Source: Nemertoderma westbladi
Taxonomy: Eukaryota; Animalia; Xenacoelomorpha
Assembly (NCBI GenBank): GCA_032718475.1
Contig: JAUCBJ010008070.1
Span: 27,932 to 91,931, forward strand
Reading direction: 5' to 3'
DNA: 64,000 bases
Position 1 is the first letter of the stretch, and every line of letters begins with the position of its first letter. Shown piece after piece: positions 53,801 to 64,000 of this stretch. The notes beneath the pieces are model-generated. The model was given only the letters and a program-made list of their open reading frames with translations. It was not told where the DNA came from and made no database searches. The position numbers and the translations under genes are program-made.

Positions 53801-56800
53801 TACCAGGTATGTAGGAGGGAAGGGTTGTACCAGGTATGTAGGAGGGAACGGATGTACCAGGTATGTAGGAGGGAACGGATGTACCAGGTATGTAGGAGGG
53901 AAGGGATGTACCAGGTAGGTGGTGGGGAAGGGATGTACCAGGTATGTAGGAGGGAAGGGATGTACCAGGTAGGTGGTGGGGAAGGGATGTACCAGGTATG
54001 TAGGAGGTTAGGGATGTACCAGGTAGGTGGTGGGGAAGGGATGTACCAGGTATGTAGGAGGGAAGGGATGTACCAGGTAGATGGTGGGGAAGGGATGTAC
54101 CAGGTAGGTGGTGGGGAAGAGATGTACCATAGGTATGTAGGAGGGAAGGGATGTACCAGGTAGGTGGTGGGGAAGAGATGTACCATAGGTATGTAGGAGG
54201 GAAGGGATGTACCAGGTGTGTATGAGGGAACGGATGTACCAGGTAAGTAGGAGGGAAGGGATGTACCAGGTATGTAGGAGGGAAGGGATGTACAAGGTAG
54301 GTGGTGGGGAAGGGATGTACCAGGTAGGTGGTGGGGAAGAGATGTACCATAGGTATGTAGGAGGGAAGGGATGTACCAGGTATGTAGGAGGGAAGGGATG
54401 TACCAGGTATGTAGGAAGGAAGGGATGTACCAGGTATGTAGGAGGGAAGGGATGTACCAGGTATTTAGGAGGGAAGGGATGTACCAGGTATGTAGGAGGG
54501 AAGGGATGTACCAGGTATGTAGGAGGGAAGGGATGTACCAGGTAGGTGGTGGGGAAGGGATGTACCAGGTATGTAGGAGGTTAGGGATGTACCAGGTAGG
54601 TGGTGGGGAAGGGATGTACCAGGTATGTAGGAGGGAAGGGATGTACCAGGTAAGTAGGAGGGAAGGGATGTACCAGGTAGGTGGTGGGGAAGGGATGTAC
54701 CAGGTATGTAGGAGGTTAGGGATGTACCAGGTAGGTGGTGGGGAAGGGATGTACCAGGTATGTAGGAGGGAAGGGATGTACCAGGTAAGTAGGAGGGAAG
54801 GGATGTACCAGGTATGTAGGAGGGAAGGGATGTACCAGGTAGGTGGTGGGGAAGGGATGTACCAGGTATGTAGGAGGTTAGGGATGTACCAGGTAGGTGG
54901 TGGGGAAGGGATGTACCAGGTATGTAGGAGGGAAGGGGTGTACCAGGTAAGTAGGAGGGAAGGGATGTACCAGGTATGTAGGAGGGAAGGGATGTACCAG
55001 GTAAGTAGGAGGGAAGGGATGTACCAGGTATGTAGGAGGGAAGGGATGTACCAGGTAGGTGGTGGGGAAGGGATGTACCAGGTATGTAGGAGGTTAGGGA
55101 TGTACCATGTAGGTGGTGGGGAAGGGATGTACCAGGTATGTAGGAGGGAAGGGATGTACCAGGTATGTAGGAGGGAAGGGATGTACCAGGTAAGTAGGAG
55201 GGAAGGGATGTACCAGGTAGGTGGTGGGGAAGGGATGTACCAGGTATGTAGGAGGTTAGGGATGTACCAGGTAGGTGGTGGGGAAGGGATGTACCAGGTA
55301 TGTAGGAGGGAAGGGATGTACCAGGTAAGTAGGAGGGAAGGGATGTACCAGGTATGTAGGAGGGAAGGGATGTACCAGGTAGGTGGTGGGGAAGGGATGT
55401 ACCAGGTATGTAGGAGGGAAGGGATGTACCAGGTAAGTAGGAGGGAAGGGATGTACCAGGTAGATGGTGGGGAAAGGATGTACCAGGTAGGTGGTGGGGA
55501 AGAGATGTACCATAGGTATGTAGGAGGGAAGGGATGTACCAGGTAGGTGGTGGGGAAGAGATGTACCATAGGTATGTAGGAGGGAAGGGATGTACCAGGT
55601 GTGTATGAGGGAACGGATGTACCAGGTATGTAGGAGGGAAGGGATGTACAAGGTAGGTGGTGGGGAAGGGATGTACCAGGTAGGTGGTGGGGAAGAGATG
55701 TACCATAGGTATGTAGGAGGGAAGGGATGTACCAGGTATGTAGGAGGGAAGGGATGTACCAGGTATGTAGGAAGGAAGGGATGTACCAGGTATGTAGGAG
55801 GGAAGGGATGTACCAGGTATTTAGGAGGGAAGGGATGTACCAGGTATGTAGGAGGGAAGGGATGTACCAGGTATGTAGGAGGGAAGGGATGTACCAGGTA
55901 GGTGGTGGGGAAGGGATGTACCAGGTATGTAGGAGGTTAGGGATGTACCAGGTAGGTGGTGGGGAAGGGATGTACCAGGTATGTAGGAGGGAAGGGATGT
56001 ACCAGGTAAGTAGGAGGGAAGGGATGTACCAGGTAGGTGGTGGGGAAGGGATGTACCAGGTATGTAGGAGGTTAGGGATGTACCAGGTAGGTGGTGGGGA
56101 AGGGATGTACCAGGTATGTAGGAGGGAAGGGATGTACCAGGTAAGTAGGAGGGAAGGGATGTACCAGGTATGTAGGAGGGAAGGGATGTACCAGGTAGGT
56201 GGTGGGGAAGGGATGTACCAGGTATGTAGGAGGGAAGGGATGTACCAGGTAAGTAGGAGGGAAGGGATGTACCAGGTAGGTGGTGGGGAAGGGATGTACC
56301 AGGTAGGTGGTGGGGAAGGGATGTACCAGGTATGTAGGAGGGAAGGGGTGTACCAGGTAAGTAGGAGGGAATGGATGTACCAGGTATGTAGGAGGGAAGG
56401 GATGTACCAGGTAAGTAGGAGGGAAGGGATGTACCAGGTATGTAGGAGGGAAGGGATGTACCAGGTAGGTGGTGGGGAAGGGATGTACCAGGTATGTAGG
56501 AGGTTAGGGATGTACCAGGTAGGTGGTGGGGAAGGGATGTACCAGGTATGTAGGAGGGAAGGGATGTACCAGGTATGTAGGAGGGAAGGGATGTACCAGG
56601 TAAGTAGGAGGGAAGGGATGTACCAGGTAGGTGGTGGGGAAAGGATGTACCAGGTATGTAGGAGGTTAGGGATGTACCAGGTAGGTGGTGGGGAAGGGAT
56701 GTACCAGGTATGTAGGAGGGAAGGGATGTACCAGGTAAGTAGGAGGGAAGGGATGTACCAGGTATGTAGGAGGGAAGGGATGTACCAGGTAGGTGGTGGG

Positions 56801-58220
56801 GAAGGGATGTACCAGGTATGTAGGAGGGAAGGGATGTACCAGGTAAGTAGGAGGGAAGGGATGTACCAGGTAGGTGGTGGGGAAGGGATGTACCAGGTAG
56901 GTGTAGGGAAGGGATGTACCAGGTATGTAGGAGGGAAGGGATGTACCAGGTATGTAGGAGGGAAGGGATGTACCAGGTATTTAGGAGGGAAGGGATGTAC
57001 CAGGTATGTAGGAGGGAAGGGATGTACCAGGTATGTAGGAGGGAAGGGATGTACCAGGTAAGTAGGAGGGAAGGGATGTACCAGGTATGTAGGAGGGAAG
57101 GGATGTACCAGGTAGGTGGTGGGGAAGGGATGTACCAGGTATGTAGGAGGGAAGGGATGTACCAGGTAAATAGGAGGGAAGGGATGTACCAGGTAGGTGG
57201 TGGGGAAGGGATGTACCAGGTAGGTGTAGGGAAGGGATGTACCAGGTATGTAGGAGGGAAGGGATGTACCAGGTATGTAGGAGGGAAGGGATGTACCAGG
57301 TATTTAGGAGGGAAGGGATGTACCAGGTATGTAGGAGGGAAGGGATGTACCAGGTATGTAGGAGGGAAGGGATGTACCAGGTATGTAGGAGGGAAGGGAT
57401 GTACCAGGTATGTAGGAGGGAAGGGATGTACCAGGTAGGTGGTGGGGAAGGGATGTACCAGGTATGTAGGAGGTTAGGGATGTACCAGGTAGGTGGTGGG
57501 GAAGGGATGTACCAGGTATGTAGGAGGGAAGGGATGTACCAGGTAAGTAGGAGGGAAGGGATGTACCAGGTAGGTGGTGGGGAAGGGATGTACCAGGTAT
57601 GTAGGAGGTTAGGGATGTACCAGGTAGGTGGTGGGGAAGGGATGTACCAGGTATGTAGGAGGGAAGGGATGTACCAGGTAAGTAGGAGGGAAGGGATGTA
57701 CCAGGTATGTAGGAGGGAAGGGATGTACCAGGTAGGTGGTGGGGAAGGGATGTACCAGGTATGTAGGAGGGAAGGGATGTACCAGGTAAATAGGAGGGAA
57801 GGGATGTACCAGGTAGGTGGTGGGGAAGGGATGTACCAGGTAGGTGTAGGGAAGGGATGTACCAGGTATGTAGGAGGGAAGGGATGTACCAGGTATGTAG
57901 GAGGGAAGGGATGTACCAGGTATTTAGGAGGGAAGGGATGTACCAGGTATGTAGGAGGGAAGGGATGTACCAGGTATGTAGGAGGGAAGGGATGTACCAG
58001 GTATGTAGGAGGGAAGGGATGTACCAGGTATGTAGGAGGGAAGGGATGTACCAGGTATGTAGGAGGGAAGGGATGTACCAGGTGTAGGAGGGAAGGGATA
58101 TACCAGGTATGTAGGAGGGAAGGGATGTACCAGGTATGTAGGAGGGAAGGGATGTACCAGGTATGTAGGAGGGAAGGGATGTACCAGGTAGGTGGTGGGG
58201 AAGGGATGTACCAGGTAGGT
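50880..58220 (+). repeat. 27-bp G-rich exon/donor-derived satellite (GGGAAGGGATGTACCAG|GTATGTAGGA and variants), ~270 units
   Basis: First unit is exon end GGGAAAGGTTGTACTAG plus donor GTATGTAGGA; variants GTAGGTGGTG and GTAAGTAGGA. Confidence 0.97.
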
Positions 58221-58249
58221 ACCTAATAAATCTCTATATTTTTATTTAG

Positions 58250-58378
58250 GAATGAGAAATATGCTTATGAGTGTTGGAAAGAAGCCGCGGAGCGTGGTAA
58301 TGTATTTGCAATGGGTTGCCTAGTGATGTATTATTATCACCGAAAATTATATAATAGAGCTGCCCAATTAGCCGCATA
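58250..58378 (+). CDS. LRP2BP: LRP2BP-like exon ([42 protein letters not shown])
   Basis: TTTTATTTAG| acceptor in phase 2; matches recalled [22 protein letters not shown]; donor TA|GTAAGT. The C-terminal exon(s) are not found in the window. Confidence 0.92.
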
Positions 58379-59248
58379 GTAAGTATTATAACAGACACGC
58401 TCCATTACATATTTCTAGTATAATACGTTTATCAGTCTCCATTTTGCTTACTAAGCTCCGAATGCACCATTCTGTCGAATAAGCTACTGACTTTCGGCGC
58501 ATCACTGTGTAGTGTAAAGCACTTTCTGTTTGAAGTACAGTTTGTTCTCGTTTAAGAGATGCTAATTAAATCCGCTGGGGGTGTAAGCCCAGATGAATAA
58601 TAAAAGATAATGTTAATGGTTCAACAGAAGGCACTTTATGGGGCCGAACCGAACCGAACCGAAGCATGGCCAACTTCGGGCCGAACCGAACCGAATCCGA
58701 ACCGAAGTTCAGAAAGTTAGCAAGTTATGGTCATAAATTCGTATTTACGTCATTATACTGGCTGACTGGCAGTGGCAGAATGGTACCTATTTTGTCTACG
58801 GACTTGCGAGAAAGCTATGATTAATTAAAAAAATAAATACTACAAAATAAAATGGCAATATTTACATTACTGTACATTACTAACCTAAACTACTGTATAC
58901 TTACTGTATGCATGTACTTACTGTATGCACCACATTTTCACCCGTAGTAAGCCGTACAGTAGTGACTTCAAATGTAGAAAACCTCACTAAAAGTACAGGT
59001 AGTCTTTGTAATACTATTTATATGAGGTACCGGTAGTAGGTATATTTGGTATTATGTATCAAAGTTATGATTAATTAACAAATAGGTACTACAAAGTAAA
59101 ACAGCAATATTTAGCCTAACTAAGCCTAAGTAATTTAGCCTAAGTAATTAAACTACTGTATAATTAAGCTAATTTTGAAACTACCCAAGTAACCTGGAAA
59201 CAATTAAAAAAATAATGCCATTTAAATGGAAGTTCAGTCCAAAATTAA

Positions 59249-61882
59249 AGGTGTAAACGTTAAGCAGACAGTGGTGCAGACACCTGGTGCGGCCAGTGGT
59301 GCAGGCACTGGTGCAGACAGTGGTGCAGCGTGCAGACAGTGGTGCAGACACTGGTGCAGACAGTGGTGCAGACACTGGTGTAGACAGTGGTGCAGACAGT
59401 GGTGCAGACACATAAATTGTAAGCAGCAATGTCTCCAAGGAATGAGGTTTAAGCGACAGTGTTTGATTGTTTATACATAACCTACTTTATACAGAGTATG
59501 TTTAATTTGTTTACCTTTACTGGAGCCACTGCTTATTAATGTATAATAAAACGAGCTAATTAAGTTATTGTCTCATGCTGGGGATATACATTCACTAACT
59601 ACAGTAAGGTCTCAGGAATTCTTAGCCCGCGAGTATTCTTAGCCTGCGAGTATTCTTGGCTCAGGTATTCTTAGCCCGCAAAACAATAACGTTTATTGTT
59701 TTGGTTCCCCCAATACTCCTCTTAAACCTGCTCCTTTACTAACCTGCTCGCCCCTTTACTGTCTGCACCACTGTCTGCACCACTGTCTGCAATACTGTCT
59801 GCACCAGTGTCTGCACCACTGTCTGCACCACTGTCTGCACCAGTGTCTGCACCACTGTCTGCACCAGTGTCTGCACTACTGTATGCACCAGTGTCTGCAC
59901 CACTGTCTGCACCCCACTGTCTGCACCAGTGTCTGCACCACTGTCTGTACCAGTGTCTGCACCACTGTCTGCACCAGGTGTCTGTACCACTGTCTGCTCC
60001 ACTGTCTGCACCAGTGTCTGCACCACTGTCTGCACCAATGTGTGAACCACTGTCTGCACCAGTGTCTACACCACTGTCTGCACCACTGTCTGCACCACTC
60101 TCTGCACCAGTGTCTGCACCACTGTCTGCACCACTGTCTGCACCAGTGTCTGCACCACTGTTTGCACCAGTGTCTGCATCACTGTCTGCACCAGTGTCTG
60201 CACCACTGTCTGCACCAGGTGTCTGTACCACTGTCTGCTCCACTGTCTGCACCAGTGTCTGCACCACTGTCTGCACCAGTGTCTGCACCACTGTCTGCAC
60301 CAGTGTCTGCACCACTGTCTGCACCACTGTCTGCACCACTGTCTGCACCACTGTCTGAACCAGTGTCTGCACCACTGTCTGCACCAGTGTCTGCACCACT
60401 GTCTGCACCACTGTCTGCACCACTGTCTGCACCACTGTCTGCACCAATGTCTGAACCAGTGTCTGCACCACTGTCTGCACCACTGTCTGCACCAGTGTCT
60501 GCGCCAGTGTCTGCACCACTGTCTGCACCATTGTCTGCACCAGTGTCTGCACCACTGTCTGCACCAGTGTCTGCACCACTGTCTGCACCAGGTGTCTGCA
60601 CCACTGTCTGCACCAGGTGTCTGCACCACTGTCTGCACCAGTGTCTGCACCACTGTCAGCACCAGTGTCTGCACCACTGTCTGCACCAGTGTCTTCACCA
60701 CTGTCTGCGCCAGTGTCTGCACCACTGTATGCACCAGTGTCTGCACCACTGTCTGCACCAATGTCTGCACCACTGTCATGCACCACTGTCTGCACCAGTG
60801 TCGTGCACCACTGTCTGCACCACGTGTCTGCACCACTGTCTGCACCACTGTCTGCACCACTGTCTGCACCACTGTCTGCACCAGTGTCTGCACCACTGTC
60901 TGCACCAGTGTCTGCACCAGTGTCTGCACCAGTGTCTGTACCACTGTCTGCTCCACTGTCTGCACCAGTGTCTGCACCACTGTCTGCACCAGTGTCTGAA
61001 CCACAGTCTGCACCAGTGTCTGCACCACTGTCTGCACCACTGTCTGCACCACTCTCTGCACCAGTGTCTGCACCAGTGTCTGCACCACTGTCTGCACCAG
61101 TGTCTGCACCAGTGTCTGCACCAGTGTCTGCACCACTGTCTGCACCACTGTCTGCACCACTGTCTGCACCAGTGTCTGTACCACTGTCTGCTCCACTGTC
61201 TGCACCAGTGTCTGCACCACTGTCTGCACCAGTGTCTGCACCACTGTCTGCACCAGTGTCTGCACCACTGTCTGCACCACTGTCTGCACCACTGTCTGCA
61301 CCACTGTCTGCACCAGTGTCTGCACACACCAGTCTGCACCAGTGTCTGCACCACTGTCTGCACCACTGTCTGCACCACTGTCTGCACCACTGTCTGCACC
61401 AATGTCTGCACCAGTGTCTGCTACCACTATCTGCACCAGTGTCTGCACCAGCTGTCTGCACCAGTGTCTGCACCACTGTCTGCACCACTGTCTGCACCAG
61501 TGTCTGCACCACTGTCTGCACCAGTGTCTGCACCACTGTCTGCACCAGTGTCTGCACCACTCTCTGCACCAGTGTCTGCACCACTGTCTGCACCAGTGTC
61601 TGCACCACTGTCTGCACCAGTGTCTGCACCACTGTCTGCACCATTGTCTGCACCACTGTCTGCACCACTGTCTGCACCAGTGTCTGCACCACTGTCTGCA
61701 CCACTGTCTGCACCACTGTCTGCACCACTGTCTACACCACTGTCTGCACCACTGTCTGCACCAGTGTCTGCACCACTGTCTGCACCAGTGTCTGCACCAG
61801 TCTCTGCACCACTGTCTGCACCACTGTCTGCACCACTGTCTGCTCCACTGTCTGCACCAGTGTCTGCTTAACGTTCACACTC
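59249..61882. mobile_element. Foldback/MULE-like element with minisatellite inverted arms and 9-bp TSD
   Basis: Ends AGGTGTAAACGTTAAGCAGACA and TGTCTGCTTAACGTTCACACTC are inverted; CAAAATTAA flanks both sides (59240-59248, 61883-61891); arms are a 12-bp repeat in opposite orientations. Confidence 0.8.
59757..61867. repeat. 12-bp minisatellite (ACCA(C/G)TGTCTGC), ~175 units; short inverted copy at ~59264-59410
   Basis: Direct reading; explains the APLS/CRQW/VQTV ORFs. Confidence 0.95.
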
Positions 61883-62140
61883 CAAAATTAATTAGTACAA
61901 CGATGGACAGATTGATTAGTCTTACTGTCTTCTGGACTTAGCTCAATCAGTCAATGTAATACTTGGAACATTTAGCAAAGTTTGCTCCGGGCTTCTGCAG
62001 TATCAATTGCAGAAGCCGAACCGAACCGAAATTGCCAAACTTCGGCCCGAACCGAACCGAACCGAAGCCGAAGCTTCTGTTGAGCCCTAGCCAGTAAGTT
62101 ACTAACACACCACCGTTCCCCCAATTCCCACAGATTTCGT

Positions 62141-62418
62141 GGCCCATGTGAAGAATACCAGACTTTCTGCCGTTATATTTCACTTTGCAGTTACCCCATG
62201 TGAAGAATACCAGGTTTTCACCAAAAACACAGGTTACAGAAGGGCTGAATCTAACCAAAACAATAAACGAATTAGTATATGTACAGGTTATAAGACAGAA
62301 ATAAGCGCTATAAAACACTTAATAAAGATAAATTAACAAAAATAAAAAATCTTCATATATAAAATTCCAATAAAAAGTCGACCGAAAAGTTGAAATCCTG
62401 GTATTCTTCACATGGGCG
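62141..62418. mobile_element. 278-bp MITE with ~27-bp TIRs and 8-bp TSD (possibly Merlin-like)
   Basis: GGCCCATGTGAAGAATACCAGACTTTC versus GAAATCCTGGTATTCTTCACATGGGCG; TSD GATTTCGT at 62133-62140 and 62419-62426; internal extra TIR copy at ~62195. Confidence 0.85.
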
Positions 62419-62426
62419 GATTTCGT

Positions 62427-63570
62427 AAACTGCTAACGCCAATTTACCTCGGTATAGTCCTAATAGTTTTTAAACTTTGAGGTGCCGGCAAATACATTAT
62501 TGTACTAACTATTTTACACATCAATGTCGTAGCGTAGCAACCAGATAGGGGGCGTCTCTCCATCATATTGGATAGTGTGTTAGTTTTGAATATTTCTAGA
62601 CACCAGATTTCCCAAAGTGCTAACCCCACTTTATAATTATTGTGGAGAAATCTATATGATAAATTTATTTCTATTTATTTCTGAAATGGATTTACTTGGA
62701 ACTTTGACGGGGGTGGGGGAGGGGGGGGGGGGGGGGGGGGCAATGAGGAATGGTCCGCGGCGTACGGCGTTACGGCAGATATCACTTAGGCCGCGACGAT
62801 TTTACTACAGTATCGCTCACAAGTCCTATTACTGAATTAGAATAATTTTTTTTATAAGTTATCAAATGTGAAACTCTAACCATAATAATATATATAACTA
62901 TAATAATATTTATAACTATAAAAAATTATATATAACATTTTTTCATGATTCCATTATTGGATTTTGTATTTGATTGGAATATTTTGCGACCGCAGAAATC
63001 ATATAAAGTCCTAACTAACTCCAGACATTTTATTGTTAATAATAAAAGCATTGCCTTACTTTATGTTGTCTGTTTTACAAAACATTGGAAAGTGTGTTTG
63101 TATTGAATATTTGGCGATGGCAGAAATTATAAAGTGCTAACTCGACGAGATTGTTACGTCTCATAAAAAGCAATCAATTAGTTCATCATGACTGCCATCA
63201 TTTTCATACTAGGTTAGCACTACAGTATATTCAATTTACTTTTAAAATATTATACTACAGTACTAACATTTACACAGTGCAGTTAGCTCTATATTAACTT
63301 TACTATCAAAATGTTATACTGCTAACATTTACACACAAAGTTAGCACTACATAAGATTCAGCCGATATAGTGATACACATATGAGACGCTAGGGGTTTGC
63401 AAAAACTTTAAAGTGCTAACAACCAAACTGAAAGCAAATTTGGACCAATCATGGCTTTAGAATTCATTTGGCAGGTTTGGTTAGCACTTTAAGTTAGCAC
63501 TTTAAAAAAGTTAGCACTTTAGCCTAAAAAGCTGCTGTGTAGTTAGACCTTTAGGGGTTCTACAAACAGA
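62427..63570. mobile_element. Probable decayed DNA element with dispersed AAAGTGCTAAC / GTTAGCACT motifs
   Basis: Forward motif near 62615, 63131 and 63410; reverse motif near 63213, 63340 and 63480-63520; lies between an orphan 38-bp unit (62094-62120) and the 38-bp array. Confidence 0.4.
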
Positions 63571-64000
63571 CTTTGTTGTGTAGTAAGTTACTAACACACC
63601 ACCGTTCCCTTTGTTGTGTAGTAAGTTATGAACACACCACCGTTCCCTTTGTTGTGTAGTAAGTTACTAACACACCACCGTTCCCTTAGTTGTGGAGTAA
63701 GTTACTAACACACCACCGTTCCCTTTGTTGTGTAGTAAGTTACTAACACACCACCGTTCCCTTTGTTGTGTAGTAAGTTACTAACACACCACCGTTCCCT
63801 TTGTTGTGTAGTAAGTTACTAACACACCACCGTTCCCTTTGTTGTGTAGTAAGTTACTAACACACCACCGTTCCCTTTGTTGTGTAGTAAGTTACTAACA
63901 CACCACCGTTCCCTTAGTTGTGTAGTAAGTTACTAACACACCACCGTTCCCTTTGTTGTGTAGTAAGTTACTAACACACCGCCGTTCCCTTTGTTGTGTA
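63571..64000 (+). repeat. 38-bp satellite (CTTTGTTGTGTAGTAAGTTACTAACACACCACCGTTCC), runs off the window end
   Basis: Period 38 (63571, 63609); ~11 units visible; partial orphan copy at 62094-62120. Confidence 0.95.

Larger units (their letters stand above)
58615..62089. mobile_element. Non-autonomous hAT-like DNA transposon with (CCGAA)n subterminal repeats
   Basis: Right end CTTCTGTTGAGCCCTA (reverse complement TAGGGCTCAACAGAAG) versus degenerate left AATGGTTCAACAGAAG; CCGAACCGAA clusters at 58644-58710 and 62016-62072; no TSD recognisable. Confidence 0.55.

Noticed and set aside
50868-58226. ORFs up to 946 aa (WYIPSLLHT, MYQVCRREG repeats)
   Set aside because: Translations of the 27-bp unit on both strands; the array is bounded by a real donor and acceptor.
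58377-58382. TAG TAA as the true stop of the gene
   Set aside because: It overlaps a consensus GTAAGT donor and about 80 aa of the recalled LRP2BP C-terminus are missing, so further exons are more likely; a truncated isoform is not excluded.
59181-61941. Cys/His-rich or antifreeze-like ORFs (CLHH, GADS, VQTV)
   Set aside because: 12-bp minisatellite open in all frames inside a Foldback-like element.
62709-62740. Poly-G run
   Set aside because: Simple homopolymer in a decayed element; length unreliable and no further support for function.

Overview
Eukaryotic (invertebrate-type metazoan) genomic DNA that is mostly repeats. 1-11410: a minus-strand BEL/Pao LTR retrotransposon with an intact 1657-aa Gag-protease ORF but no RT or integrase, inserted into the endonuclease region of an RTE-type LINE. 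A 50-bp satellite follows. From ~15.2 kb to beyond the window end lies one plus-strand host gene, an LRP2BP-like Sel1-repeat gene with an RFX X-box upstream; about 0.8-0.9 kb of its coding sequence is spread over about 43 kb. The main observation is that its introns are inflated by tandem arrays built from its own splice junctions. The 44-bp and 27-bp units (and probably the 28-bp unit) copy the exon 3' end plus the donor. A 38-bp unit resembles a complete mini-intron (GTAAGT-TACTAAC-pyrimidine tract-TAG). Collapsing the arrays leaves short ancestral introns. Nested insertions can be ordered by target-site duplications: a defective Mag-like Gypsy in the 44-bp array, an RTE fragment at its LTR tip, an L2 fragment in its gag, a Foldback/MULE-like element inside a hAT-like element, and a MITE with an 8-bp TSD. 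Most long ORFs in the track are artefacts of stop-free repeat units. All protein assignments are from recalled motifs and sequences, not database searches.
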